A DNA stretch of 32,000 nt, from contig NZ_CP069349.1 in the NCBI RefSeq assembly GCF_021497505.1, forward strand, positions 1,211,131 through 1,243,130. The letters run 5' to 3'. Origin of the DNA: Turicibacter sp. TJ11. Its GTDB lineage: Bacteria; Bacillota_I; Bacilli_A; MOL361; Turicibacteraceae. Below the pieces are notes generated by a model. The model made no database searches, was not told the origin of the DNA, and saw nothing but the letters and a program-made list of their open reading frames with translations. Shown here piece after piece: positions 8,773 through 18,105 of the stretch. Both the position numbers and the translations under genes were made by a program. The stretch's first letter is position 1; each line of letters begins with the position of its first letter.

Positions 8773-8801
8773 ACTATATGGCCTAAAGAGAGAGGATATG
8801 A
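8773..8801 (-). promoter_or_regulatory. Putative sigma-E-type (mother-cell) promoter for spoVM
   Basis: The minus strand reads TCATATC-14 nt-CATATAGT. The sigma-E consensus as I recall it is kmATATT-14-CATACAmT. The -10 ends about 38 nt upstream of the ATG. Confidence 0.45.
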
Positions 8802-8808
8802 CTAAAAC

Positions 8809-9438
8809 TTAATCACAGCTATAGATCATTAATAAATAACCACTGCTAAACGACACATTAAACGAGGAATCAATGATTTCATTACTGATACAACGAATAT
8901 CCTCTTGAGTTAACGTGTAATTTTTTAATGGATATTTTAACCCTGTTAAAGTTAGATTTTCAACCGTTGATTCTAGAGCAAAAAAAGAAATATACGGCAA
9001 CCTAGGCTGCTTAATTTCATGTTGCCCTGGAGATAAAATGGTTAGTATATTTTTTTGATCCACTAACGTAATAGAGATTCCCTTTTTGATAAATTGCAAT
9101 AATAAACGAATATTAGCTAAACTATGATCGATTCGACCTCCTAAAGCTCCATAAATAACAACCTCAGTGGCTTGTTTAGCAAGAACTACGTTTAAAGCGA
9201 CTTCTGTATCTGTCTCGTTTTTTTGAGGAGATAACTTAATGATTTCTGATGAACCCTGTTTAATGACCTCAAACTCTAAGTCTGTGACTGAATCAAAATC
9301 ACCAATTGCCAAATTAAGATGTAATCCTTGATTCACGGCTGTTAGTGCCCCGTAATCAACACCAATTACAAAACTTGAACGAATCTCTTCTAAATCTAAC
9401 CATGGCTGAGGCGCTCCGCTAATAATTGCAATCTTCAT
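8809..9438 (-). CDS. thiN: Thiamine pyrophosphokinase
   Basis: 209 aa. GDFDS motif (AIGDFDSV) and the TPK catalytic plus B1-binding layout. Position matches Bacillus yloS/thiN. Confidence 0.88.
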   Translation of the reverse strand: MKIAIISGAPQPWLDLEEIRSSFVIGVDYGALTAVNQGLHLNLAIGDFDSVTDLEFEVIKQGSSEIIKLSPQKNETDTEVALNVVLAKQATEVVIYGALGGRIDHSLANIRLLLQFIKKGISITLVDQKNILTILSPGQHEIKQPRLPYISFFALESTVENLTLTGLKYPLKNYTLTQEDIRCISNEIIDSSFNVSFSSGYLLMIYSCD

Positions 9439-9443
9439 GATTA

Positions 9444-10088
9444 TTACCCCTTAATTTTTTGAATGGCTAACGCACGATCAGCAGCGTTAAAAACGGCTGA
9501 TCCAGCGACTACAACATCTGCTCCAGCCATTTCACATAAACGAGCTGTTTCTTCGTTAACTCCACCATCAACTTCAATGATATAAGATAAGTTTTGTTCT
9601 TGACGCCACTGATTTAATGTTGCAACTTTCGATAAGGCATCAGGAATAAATGCCTGCCCACCAAATCCAGGATTAACTGACATAATTAAAATCCAATCCA
9701 CATCATGTAGCACGTGTTTAATCATTTCAAGTGGCGTGTGCGGATTTAAAACGACACCACATTGCATGTCATATTGTTTAATTAATTGTAATGTACGATG
9801 TAAATGACGACACGCCTCTACATGAACCGTAATAATATCAGCTCCAGCATCTTTGAATTCTTTAATATATTGATCGGGATTTTCAATCATTAAATGAACA
9901 TCAAATGGAAGATTCGTATGCGGACGTAAACACTTAACAATTCCTGGACCTAATGTAATATTAGGAACAAAATGACCGTCCATCACATCGATATGAATAT
10001 AATCTGCTCCTAATGAATCAACACATTTCACTTCTTCTGCTAACTTAGAAAAATCAGCGGCTAAAATTGATGGTGCAATTTTTAACAT
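9444..10088 (-). CDS. rpe: Ribulose-phosphate 3-epimerase
   Basis: 214 aa. N-terminal PSILAADF, then HIDVMDGHFVPN and VDGG motifs. Confidence 0.95.
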   Translation of the reverse strand: MLKIAPSILAADFSKLAEEVKCVDSLGADYIHIDVMDGHFVPNITLGPGIVKCLRPHTNLPFDVHLMIENPDQYIKEFKDAGADIITVHVEACRHLHRTLQLIKQYDMQCGVVLNPHTPLEMIKHVLHDVDWILIMSVNPGFGGQAFIPDALSKVATLNQWRQEQNLSYIIEVDGGVNEETARLCEMAGADVVVAGSAVFNAADRALAIQKIKG

Positions 10089-10106
10089 CTTTTCTACTCC
10101 TTTAAA

Positions 10107-10994
10107 TTAATACTTTGGTTTTCGAGACTTAATTTCAGTTAAAAACTGAAGATAGTTTTCATATCTCGTTGGTAAAATCTCTCCTGTTTCAACAGCTGCT
10201 TTTACAGCACAGCGTGGTTCGTTTTCATGTAAGCAACCTCTAAACTTACACTGTTCAGATCGTTCATAAAACTCAACAAAACATTGTGATAAGTCGATCG
10301 CTTCTAATTGATCAAGATCTAAGGAACTAAATCCTGGAGTATCGGCAATTAAACCATCACTTAGCTTATGTAATTCAACGTGACGAGTCGTATGTTTTCC
10401 ACGCCCAAGTGCCTTAGAAATTTCATTGACTTGAATTTTTAACGTTTGATCAATAGCGTTTAGTAATGAAGATTTTCCTACTCCTGACTGCCCGCAAATG
10501 ACAACAATGCGATCTTTAATTAAATCATTGACCACATTAATTCCTGCATGTTGTTTAGATGACGTTTCGATAACTTCATATCCAATTTGTTTATAGTACT
10601 GAATACTTGAATCGATGGCTTGTCGTTCTTCTTCACTTAATAAATCCATTTTAGTTAAAACAATGATCGGTTCGATTTGATTCATTTCAATAACCGCTAA
10701 AAAACGATCGAGTAATTTAGGGCTAAAGTCTGGTTCTTTGACAGAAAACACAACGAGTGCCAAATCCACATTAGCAATCGGTGGACGAACTAATTCATTT
10801 TTACGAGGCCCAATGTCCATGACATAACCGTTTCCATCCGGCTCAACTAAAAATTCAACATGATCACCAACAAGTGGCGTAATTTTTTGTTTACGAAATA
10901 ATCCACGACTACGACATTGAATCATCTCTTTCGTTTCTTGATCTTCAACATAATAAAATCCACTTAATGCTTTTAAAATAATTCCTTTTTTCAA
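10107..10994 (-). CDS. rsgA: Ribosome small-subunit biogenesis GTPase RsgA (CpgA/YloQ)
   Basis: GQSGVGKSSLLNA P-loop and a C-terminal zinc knuckle CKFRGCLHENEPRCAV. TTG start, with TAGGTGA RBS upstream. Confidence 0.93.
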   Translation of the reverse strand: MKKGIILKALSGFYYVEDQETKEMIQCRSRGLFRKQKITPLVGDHVEFLVEPDGNGYVMDIGPRKNELVRPPIANVDLALVVFSVKEPDFSPKLLDRFLAVIEMNQIEPIIVLTKMDLLSEEERQAIDSSIQYYKQIGYEVIETSSKQHAGINVVNDLIKDRIVVICGQSGVGKSSLLNAIDQTLKIQVNEISKALGRGKHTTRHVELHKLSDGLIADTPGFSSLDLDQLEAIDLSQCFVEFYERSEQCKFRGCLHENEPRCAVKAAVETGEILPTRYENYLQFLTEIKSRKPKY

Positions 10995-11040
10995 GTTATC
11001 ACCTACTAAATGATAAATTCTTTTATCATTTGATTCTTCT

Positions 11041-12363
11041 TTATTCTTCTTGATCGGTTGAAGATGATTTTTCTGGTGTTTTAGCGACGTATAACGTGAT
11101 ACTTGAATTCACCTTAACGCGTGTTCCAATCGATGGTGAGGTTTTAAATACATCTCCATCTTCGTAATTTTCATCTTCAATATAAATAACACTTCCATAC
11201 TTAAGGCCAATTTCACTTAGTTCTTTTTCTGCCTCTGATACAGTCATGGTTGAAATATCAGGAACATGAACTTCAGCTACTTTATGCTTAGCAGGTTGAT
11301 AAATAATGATGTAATACAAAATCATCGCTAAAATAATAAATACTGTAAAAGAGACTAAGATAGCTGAGTTTAAGAAGCCAAATTTCTTTTGCATGTTTCC
11401 TTTTCGCTTCTTAGATGGACGACCTTTTGTTGCTTTTTTCGCCATTTCTTCAGATACCTCCTTCTTCAAGTCCGTCATCACCATTGTTTTTTCTAAATCT
11501 TCTTCTTTTAAACTTCCATTTAATAACGGCTCATCTGCACGCTCAGTTGCCAAAGCTGACTTAAGATCAACTAGCAACTCAGTCACACTATGATAACGAT
11601 CAGCCGGAACCTTACATGTACAGCGCTTAATAATATTATCTAAACTATTTGGTAAGTCTTCATTCACTAATTTAATCGATGGCATTTCGGCTTCTAAATG
11701 TTGAAGCGCAATATTAACGGCTCCCTCACCTTTAAATGGAACATCTCCCGTTAATAACTCATATAAAATAATTCCTAACGCATAAATGTCTGATCGCTCT
11801 GTTGCTAAATTTCCGCGTGCAAGCTCTGGTGCTAAATAATGAACCGATCCCATAATCGTATTCGTTTGAGTCACATCTGCTTCATTGCTCGAAAGAGCAA
11901 TTCCAAAGTCTGTGATTTTAACAACTTGTTCATCCGTAATCATGATATTTTGCGTTTTAAGATCACGATGAATAATTTTATTTTGATGAGCATATAAGAC
12001 CCCTTCAGCTAATTGCGTCATAATATGCATCGCTATTTGAGGATCCAGCGCTTTATGTTCACGCAAATAATCTTTCAGTGTTTTTCCCTTTACATACTCC
12101 ATGACAATAAATGGTTGTTGTTTGTAATCACCTACTGTATAAACATGAACAATGTTTGGATGATCTAAATTAATGACTTGTGCTGATTCTCGTTTAAATC
12201 GCTTGATAAATCGTTCATCCTTTGATAGTTCATAACGTAACATTTTAATAGCCACATGTCTTTTTAACGTACGATCATAGGCTAAATAAACATTAGCCAT
12301 CCCACCATCACCGATCAACATCTTAATATCATATCGTGAATTAATGGTTGTCCCGATAATCAT
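11041..12363 (-). CDS. prkC: Ser/Thr protein kinase PrkC-type (Hanks kinase, one TM, single PASTA domain)
   Basis: HRDLKTQNIM and DFGIA kinase motifs. One hydrophobic helix FLNSAILVSFTVFIILAMILYYIIIY. The ectodomain is only 85 aa and has one PASTA-like repeat. Its start overlaps the prpC stop by 4 nt (12360-12363). Confidence 0.92.
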   Translation of the reverse strand: MIIGTTINSRYDIKMLIGDGGMANVYLAYDRTLKRHVAIKMLRYELSKDERFIKRFKRESAQVINLDHPNIVHVYTVGDYKQQPFIVMEYVKGKTLKDYLREHKALDPQIAMHIMTQLAEGVLYAHQNKIIHRDLKTQNIMITDEQVVKITDFGIALSSNEADVTQTNTIMGSVHYLAPELARGNLATERSDIYALGIILYELLTGDVPFKGEGAVNIALQHLEAEMPSIKLVNEDLPNSLDNIIKRCTCKVPADRYHSVTELLVDLKSALATERADEPLLNGSLKEEDLEKTMVMTDLKKEVSEEMAKKATKGRPSKKRKGNMQKKFGFLNSAILVSFTVFIILAMILYYIIIYQPAKHKVAEVHVPDISTMTVSEAEKELSEIGLKYGSVIYIEDENYEDGDVFKTSPSIGTRVKVNSSITLYVAKTPEKSSSTDQEE

Positions 12364-13112
12364 AGACAGTCACTCCCTTCGAGGCTTTCACATAAGGCAA
12401 CAGATATATTATCAGTTCCTCCGTTACGATTTGCCAATTCAATTAGTAAATTTACTTTTTCTTCTGTTGATCTTTTTTCATTTAAGATAGAAAGAATTTC
12501 TTGATCATCCACCATCGATGTTAATCCATCCGTACAAAGTAAAATGGCATCTAACTGATAACGTTCTAACACTAAATAGTCAAATTTTAATGATTTGTTC
12601 ACCCCAAGAGCATTCATGATAATGTTACGATGCGGATGATTCTTAGCTTCTTGCTCAGATAACTTACCTTCCTCAACAAGTTTACGAACAAACGTATGAT
12701 CTTTTGTAATTTGTCTTAATTGGTCATGAGATAAAACATATGCTCGACTATCCCCGATATGTGCAAATGCGATAAAAGACTCTGTCATCACGGCGACAAT
12801 GGCTGTTGTTCCCATTCCATGTGAAAGATGATGTTCTTCAATATAACTCAAAATATTTTCATTAACTTGTTGTAATAATTGCTTTAACCATTTTCTGAGC
12901 ACCTCAGAATCATTAAAAATTAAATCCTCATTAAAATGCTCTTCAATGCTATGCAGTACCATCGCACTAGCCACTTCTCCAGCTTCATGGCCTCCCATAC
13001 CATCGGCAATGACTACGATTGTACAATTTTGATTTTTATAAATTTTAACAGCATCTTCGTTGTGTGGTCGAATTTTTCCAATATCAGTCTTATAACACAT
13101 CTGGTCAAACAT
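12360..13112 (-). CDS. prpC: PP2C-family Ser/Thr phosphatase
   Basis: 250 aa. ADGMGGH and DNISV PP2C motifs. Classic pairing with prkC. Confidence 0.93.
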   Translation of the reverse strand: MFDQMCYKTDIGKIRPHNEDAVKIYKNQNCTIVVIADGMGGHEAGEVASAMVLHSIEEHFNEDLIFNDSEVLRKWLKQLLQQVNENILSYIEEHHLSHGMGTTAIVAVMTESFIAFAHIGDSRAYVLSHDQLRQITKDHTFVRKLVEEGKLSEQEAKNHPHRNIIMNALGVNKSLKFDYLVLERYQLDAILLCTDGLTSMVDDQEILSILNEKRSTEEKVNLLIELANRNGGTDNISVALCESLEGSDCL

Positions 13113-13113
13113 T

Positions 13114-14199
13114 TTATAAAGCCCCCTCTTTAGCTCTTAACTGCCCACAAGCCGCGTCAATGTCACTTCCTAACTCGCGTCGAACAGTTGCATTTATCCC
13201 ACGTTTTTTCAATGTCTTCTCAAATTGTTCAATATGTTCAAGTGGTGTACGATCAAATCCACGTTCTGGAACGTAATTCACTGGTATTAAATTAATGTGG
13301 CAATTAAGCCCTTTAACTAAATCGGCTAATTGATTCGCACACTCTACCGTATCATTCACATTTTTAATCAATCCATATTCAAAAGTAATTCGTCGGTTCG
13401 TTTCATTCACATAAAAGTGTGCCGCTTGCATTAATTTTTCTAACGGATAGGCACGATTAATTGGCATCAACGTTGTACGTAATTCATCCGTTGGGGCATG
13501 AAGCGAGATAGCAAACGAAACTTGAGGATGATCAGCAGCAAAATTATAAATTTTAGGAACGATCCCACTTGTTGAAACTGTAATGTGTCGTGCTCCAATA
13601 TTTAAACCTTTTTCATTATTAATAATATTAATGAATTGAGAGAGATTCTCATAATTTTCAAAAGGTTCCCCAATTCCCATGACAACGATGTGACTTACAC
13701 GATCATCTGTCTCATCTAAGTATTGTTGAACACGTAATACTTGGCTAACAATTTCTCCCGCTTCTAAATTACGTTTTAACCCACTTAATGTCGAAGCACA
13801 GAACTTACATCCGATGCGACATCCAACCTGTGTCGTCACACAAACAGAACATCCATACTTATGTCGCATTAATACCGTTTCAATTAAGTTTCCATCAGCT
13901 AATTCAAATAAAAACTTTGTCGTCCCGTCACTTGCTACTTGTTTTTTACGTTCTGATAACGTAGTAAAATCAAACGATTCACTTAATAAAGCTTTTAAAT
14001 CTTTTGGTAAGTTACTCATCTCATCAATTGTTTTAACACGTTTTTTATATAACCAATCAAAGATTTGTGACGCTCTAAATTTAGGTTGTTTATTAGCGAC
14101 TAACCAATCTTGCCAATCTGTCATATCTAAACTAAAAATGGATTTAAACTCCATATTAGCACCACCATTTCTACTAAATTCATCTAAATTATAACTCAT
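13114..14199 (-). CDS. rlmN: 23S rRNA/tRNA adenine-C2 methyltransferase RlmN (radical SAM)
   Basis: [10 protein letters not shown] radical-SAM CxxxCxxC motif and an RlmN-like N-terminus [12 protein letters not shown]. The true start could instead be ATG 14154 (MEFKSIF...). Confidence 0.92.
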   Translation of the reverse strand: MSYNLDEFSRNGGANMEFKSIFSLDMTDWQDWLVANKQPKFRASQIFDWLYKKRVKTIDEMSNLPKDLKALLSESFDFTTLSERKKQVASDGTTKFLFELADGNLIETVLMRHKYGCSVCVTTQVGCRIGCKFCASTLSGLKRNLEAGEIVSQVLRVQQYLDETDDRVSHIVVMGIGEPFENYENLSQFINIINNEKGLNIGARHITVSTSGIVPKIYNFAADHPQVSFAISLHAPTDELRTTLMPINRAYPLEKLMQAAHFYVNETNRRITFEYGLIKNVNDTVECANQLADLVKGLNCHINLIPVNYVPERGFDRTPLEHIEQFEKTLKKRGINATVRRELGSDIDAACGQLRAKEGAL

Positions 14200-14354
14200 T
14201 CATTATGTTTACTTCCTAAAAAATAAGAAAGTAAATTAAACAGTCTTTTTGAGTTCAATTAGCTCTCTTTAAATGATCATCCTTTATCTATATGAATCGG
14301 CCTTCTCTTTATTATCGGGCGAAACGATCGATTCTCATGCATGTTTTATCACGA

Positions 14355-15686
14355 TTAGCCTTGACGTTTTAAACAAGCGATAAAAAATCCATCCGTTTGA
14401 TAGTCACCTGGAAATAATTGAACCATTCCATGCTGTGTTTGATCGCTTAAAGCATCGGGAAGTCGTTTAACTAAGGTTGAATCAAGTTCATAATCTGAAT
14501 GTTGACCTAAAAATTGTTCAATCATTTTATCATTTTCTTTACGATTCACTGTACACGTACTGTAAACGAGTGTTCCTCCTGGTTTTAAAAGAGGAGCAAC
14601 TGTATTTAAAATCTGTTTTTGAATACTCGTAATTTCATCAAGATCGGATGGTTTTTTTGTCAACTTCACTTCAGGATGTCGTCTTAAAATTCCTAGTCCT
14701 GAACAAGGAGCATCCACTAAAATGGCATCGAAACTTTCAGCTTCATAGCGTTCATTTAACGTCATTGCATCTTGTAATGTTGCGACCACATTCGTTAATC
14801 CTAGTCGATTGACATTAGCTTCAATGAGTTTGATTTTATGATCATACACATCATGCGCATATACCGTTCCCGTTTGACGCATGATTTCAGCGAGATGTGT
14901 TGTTTTTCCACCTGGTGCTGAGCAAGTATCCAATACTTTTGAATGATGTTTTGGTTTTAATGCTCGACCGACTAGCATAGATGATTCATCTTGAACATAA
15001 AACCACCCTTGTTCAAATGCTTTTGTTTGAATGACATTTCCTTTTAACACGACTAAAGCATCTTCACTTAACGATCCATAAGTACATGTAATTCCTTCAG
15101 ATTCAAGTTTTTGTTTTAACTCTTCACGCGTTCCTTTAACACCATTGACACGAATCGTGACATGAACACGCTCATTGTTAGCCTTCGCCATTTGAACCGC
15201 TTTTTCATAACCATATTGCTTACTCCATAATTTAATTAACCAAAGCGGATGTGACGTTTCAATTGCTAAACGTTCCTCTTGATCTTTAATGGTTTCAAAA
15301 CTTGGTAATGGCGTACGCATGATCTCTCTTAAAATAGCATTGACTAATTTTCCATTAAACTGCCCGCCACGTTTTTTGGCAATCGTTACAGCTTCAGAAA
15401 TAGCTGCATGCTCTGGAACACTATCTAAAAATAAAATTTGATATAAAGTCATTTGGATTAAAATGCGAATCCATGCTTTCACTTTTCCTTTAAAGAATGG
15501 CGTTACATAAAAATTTAATAATTGTTCATGCTGTAACGTTCCATAAACTAATTCAGTCATAAAGTTTTTATCTTGAACTGTTAACTCATTTTTTTCAATT
15601 TGTTCGCTTAAAGCATGATTGCTATAAGCTCCTTCTATTAAAATATCGGTTAACGTCTGCAATGCCAATTCTCGGGCATTTGCCAT
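14355..15686 (-). CDS. rsmB: 16S rRNA m5C967 methyltransferase RsmB (Sun)
   Basis: 443 aa. N-terminal NusB-like domain, SAM motif DTCSAPGGKT and catalytic PCSGLG. Confidence 0.92.
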   Translation of the reverse strand: MANARELALQTLTDILIEGAYSNHALSEQIEKNELTVQDKNFMTELVYGTLQHEQLLNFYVTPFFKGKVKAWIRILIQMTLYQILFLDSVPEHAAISEAVTIAKKRGGQFNGKLVNAILREIMRTPLPSFETIKDQEERLAIETSHPLWLIKLWSKQYGYEKAVQMAKANNERVHVTIRVNGVKGTREELKQKLESEGITCTYGSLSEDALVVLKGNVIQTKAFEQGWFYVQDESSMLVGRALKPKHHSKVLDTCSAPGGKTTHLAEIMRQTGTVYAHDVYDHKIKLIEANVNRLGLTNVVATLQDAMTLNERYEAESFDAILVDAPCSGLGILRRHPEVKLTKKPSDLDEITSIQKQILNTVAPLLKPGGTLVYSTCTVNRKENDKMIEQFLGQHSDYELDSTLVKRLPDALSDQTQHGMVQLFPGDYQTDGFFIACLKRQG

Positions 15687-15740
15687 AATATCACTCCGTT
15701 CTCCTGCTTGTCTGTTATATGTCTAGTGATGTCATTTTAT

Positions 15741-15749
15741 ATTATAACA
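15741..15749 (-). promoter_or_regulatory. Extended -10 promoter element TGTTATAAT upstream of rsmB
   Basis: Reverse complement of 15741-15749, about 55 nt upstream of the rsmB ATG. No good -35 element. Confidence 0.45.
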
Positions 15750-15820
15750 TAATCTGCCTACTTTCATCTGCGATTTCACACAATTATCCCCTAAATTCAT
15801 CACCCTTTCTTGAAACGAAT

Positions 15821-15858
15821 AAAAACAATAAAAAGCTGCTTCTTTATCAGAAACAGCT
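15821..15858 (-). terminator. Rho-independent terminator of the YitT-like gene 1
   Basis: AGCTGCTTC and GAAACAGCT form a 9-bp stem with one mismatch. A T-rich tract follows on the minus strand, directly after the stop at 15865. Confidence 0.7.
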
Positions 15859-15864
15859 TTTTAC

Positions 15865-16746
15865 TTATTGAGCTTTATCGACAATTTTGCGTCCAAAGTT
15901 CCCTTGAATTCGTGAACTTTGTAAAACATTTGTAAATGAGTTTGGATCCACTTCATTTAACAGTTGTAATGCAATGTATAATTCATAACTTGAAACGACC
16001 ATCATTAATAAACTACGATTTTGATGCGTGTAAGCCCCTTCTGCATTAATAATAGTAATCCCACGCCCTAAACGGCTTTGTAAAGTTGAAATCACTTCTT
16101 CTTGTTTATTTGTAACAATAAAGACAGTATAACTTTGATGTGGAGTATGTATGCGGTCAATAATTTGCATTTGTACAAAAATTAATAAAATTGTATATAA
16201 TGCCACTTCCCACCCATCAAAGTAGCCAGCAATTGCGATAATCACACAGTTAACAGCAAAAGAATATTGTCCAAACGACCCTTGAGTTCTCATCGATAAA
16301 ATTTGTGATAGGATATCAAGTCCTCCGGTTGATCCACCATACTTTAAAATGGTTCCTCCACCTAAAGCATAAATCATTCCACCAACGACAATATTTAATA
16401 AGACATCGTCTGATAAAGTAATCTCAGGAATAATATTTAAACTCAGTGTCATAAACGTAACCGTATATAACGTATGGTAGGTAAATCTTTTACCTATAAA
16501 TTTGTATGAAATTAACAATAATGGAATATTAATCGACCAAATTAATAACCCTAAATTAATTTTAATTCCAAAAGACGTATACAAGAGGCGGCTAATTAAC
16601 TGTGAAATCCCTGTCACACCACCGACATACAACCCCGATGGATTAATAAACCAGTTGATTCCTATGGCAAATAATAACGTCCCAACCGAAATCATTGCTA
16701 GACTTTTAAATTCTTTTCTAAAGTGTTCTGTCTTTACTATACCCAT
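15865..16746 (-). CDS. YitT-family membrane protein with C-terminal DUF2179 domain (paralog 1)
   Basis: Multi-pass hydrophobic N-terminal part with GGVTGISQL, plus a soluble C-terminal domain. Start moved to ATG 16746 (MGIVKTEHF), with GGAGGAAG about 7 nt upstream. The track start at 16794 is an upstream TTG. Confidence 0.85.
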   Translation of the reverse strand: MGIVKTEHFRKEFKSLAMISVGTLLFAIGINWFINPSGLYVGGVTGISQLISRLLYTSFGIKINLGLLIWSINIPLLLISYKFIGKRFTYHTLYTVTFMTLSLNIIPEITLSDDVLLNIVVGGMIYALGGGTILKYGGSTGGLDILSQILSMRTQGSFGQYSFAVNCVIIAIAGYFDGWEVALYTILLIFVQMQIIDRIHTPHQSYTVFIVTNKQEEVISTLQSRLGRGITIINAEGAYTHQNRSLLMMVVSSYELYIALQLLNEVDPNSFTNVLQSSRIQGNFGRKIVDKAQ

Positions 16747-16821
16747 TCCTAACTTCCTCCACTTCCGTTTACCCCGAAGCCTTTCTTCTTTCAAACGGAA
16801 TCATGTTTTAATTCTTGTGAA

Positions 16822-16830
16822 ATTATAACA
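16822..16830 (-). promoter_or_regulatory. Extended -10 promoter element TGTTATAAT upstream of YitT-like gene 1
   Basis: Reverse complement of 16822-16830. Implies a leader of about 70 nt. Confidence 0.45.
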
Positions 16831-16920
16831 TGATTTTTGAAGATATGAAATGAAAAATTTGTTACTATTTTGTGAACTTTTCTTCATCTAATTTTTGATC
16901 TTTTCAAAAGTTTGAAACAA

Positions 16921-16950
16921 ATATAAAAAAGCGTCCAAAAGACGCTTTTT
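16921..16950 (-). terminator. Rho-independent terminator of the cse60-like gene
   Basis: AAAAAAGCGTC-CAAAA-GACGCTTTTT, overlapping the stop codon. A T-run follows on the minus strand. Confidence 0.7.
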
Positions 16951-17131
16951 AGGTTTCATATATAACCATCGCAGAATAACTATAAACCTGTCCTTCTGTA
17001 TCACTAAAATGTGAAATTGAGTACTTAATATCTACGACGGATTGATAAGGTAATGTTTTTAAAAATTCATTGACGACAGTTTCTAAGTCGAGCTCATGTT
17101 CTTCATCAAAACACTTTACTTGAATTGCCAT
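16949..17131 (-). CDS. cse60: Cse60-family small sporulation protein (60 aa)
   Basis: MAIQVKCFDEEHELDLETVVNEFLKTL...DIKYSISHF....VYSYSAMVIYET. Length and pattern (VK.FDeeHE.DLE..VNeFL ... IKY ... ysfSA.i.Y) match my recollection of the Cse60/YteV family. RBS is AGGAGGGG. Confidence 0.55.
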   Translation of the reverse strand: MAIQVKCFDEEHELDLETVVNEFLKTLPYQSVVDIKYSISHFSDTEGQVYSYSAMVIYET

Positions 17132-17203
17132 CTACTTCCCCTCCTATCACAAGTAGAGATAGGATATCACGTGAAAGTTTTAATTTTTGTCAAAAACCCC
17201 CAC

Positions 17204-18076
17204 TTATTTAATTTCTTTTCTAACAAAATGTCCTTGAATCATTTCACTTTGAACCACATTAGTAAATGAATGCTCATCAACCATTTTAATGACAGCTAAT
17301 GCTTCATATAACTCATAGCTAGATAAAACCATCATTAAAACACTTTTATTATTTTTTGTATAAGCTCCTCGGCCTTCTAAAACAGTAATCCCTCGATAAA
17401 GTTGCTGCTGAAGCGATTCAATCATTTCTTCTTCCTTACTTGTTACGATATATAACGTTAAGTTTTGATGAACGGTATGAATTTTATCAACGACAACAGA
17501 AGTAATATAAATTGAGATAATCGTATATAACGCCGTTTCCCAACTTTGTGTCACTCCAGCTAAGACAATAATCACGGCATTAATGGCAAATGAATATTTT
17601 CCAAATGAACCATTAACTTTCATCGAAAGATATTGTGAAATAATATCTGTTCCTCCGGTAGAGGCACCAATTTTTAAGATCATGCCTAGTCCAACACCAA
17701 TTAATACGCCACCAAAGACAGCATTTAATAAAATGTCATCAGAAAATATTCCAATTGGTACCAATTCTAAAATGACTGATTGCAACACAACAGCCACAAT
17801 ACTTAAGAAAGCAAATCGTTTACCAATTGAGCGCCAAGCTAAATAAAGTAGTGGCACATTTAAGATGAAGATTAACGATCCTAAGCTTAACTGGATACCT
17901 GTGGTTGAAAAGACAAAGGCGATAATTAACTGTGAAATCCCTGTCACACCACCCGTATATAAATTAGCAGGTGTTATAAACATATTCATCGCTAAAACAT
18001 ATAAAAATGATCCAATGATCATAATACCTAAGTTTTTCAACTTAACCGAAACCTGCTCATGCTTCAAAATATTCAT
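17204..18076 (-). CDS. YitT-family membrane protein with C-terminal DUF2179 domain (paralog 2)
   Basis: 290 aa with the same architecture as 15865..16746. RBS GGAGGGTG lies 6 nt upstream. It starts 29 nt downstream of the cvfB stop, so it is probably co-transcribed. Confidence 0.88.
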   Translation of the reverse strand: MNILKHEQVSVKLKNLGIMIIGSFLYVLAMNMFITPANLYTGGVTGISQLIIAFVFSTTGIQLSLGSLIFILNVPLLYLAWRSIGKRFAFLSIVAVVLQSVILELVPIGIFSDDILLNAVFGGVLIGVGLGMILKIGASTGGTDIISQYLSMKVNGSFGKYSFAINAVIIVLAGVTQSWETALYTIISIYITSVVVDKIHTVHQNLTLYIVTSKEEEMIESLQQQLYRGITVLEGRGAYTKNNKSVLMMVLSSYELYEALAVIKMVDEHSFTNVVQSEMIQGHFVRKEIK

Positions 18077-18105
18077 CTATCGCACCCTCCATCTTTGATG
18101 TCAGT

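Noticed and set aside
11009-11032. Perfect 10-bp A/T-only hairpin (AAATGATAAA-TTCT-TTTATCATTT) between prkC and rsgA.
   Set aside because: The stem is purely A/T, so predicted stability is low and no U-tract logic applies. Such palindromes are expected by chance in AT-rich spacers. At most it is a weak processing or attenuation site.
14200-14354. Imperfect inverted repeats (GAATCG...CGATTC) and a 20-codon ORF in the rsmB-rlmN spacer.
   Set aside because: The stems are short and interrupted, the ORF has no RBS, and nothing else supports these features.
16747-16821. Possible riboswitch or attenuator in the roughly 70-nt leader of the YitT-like gene at 15865-16746 (hairpin CCGTTT...AAACGG at 16765-16798).
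   Set aside because: The stem is short and there is no terminator U-tract. I see no obvious anti-RBS pairing and no match to any riboswitch consensus I can recall. It is too small for most known classes.
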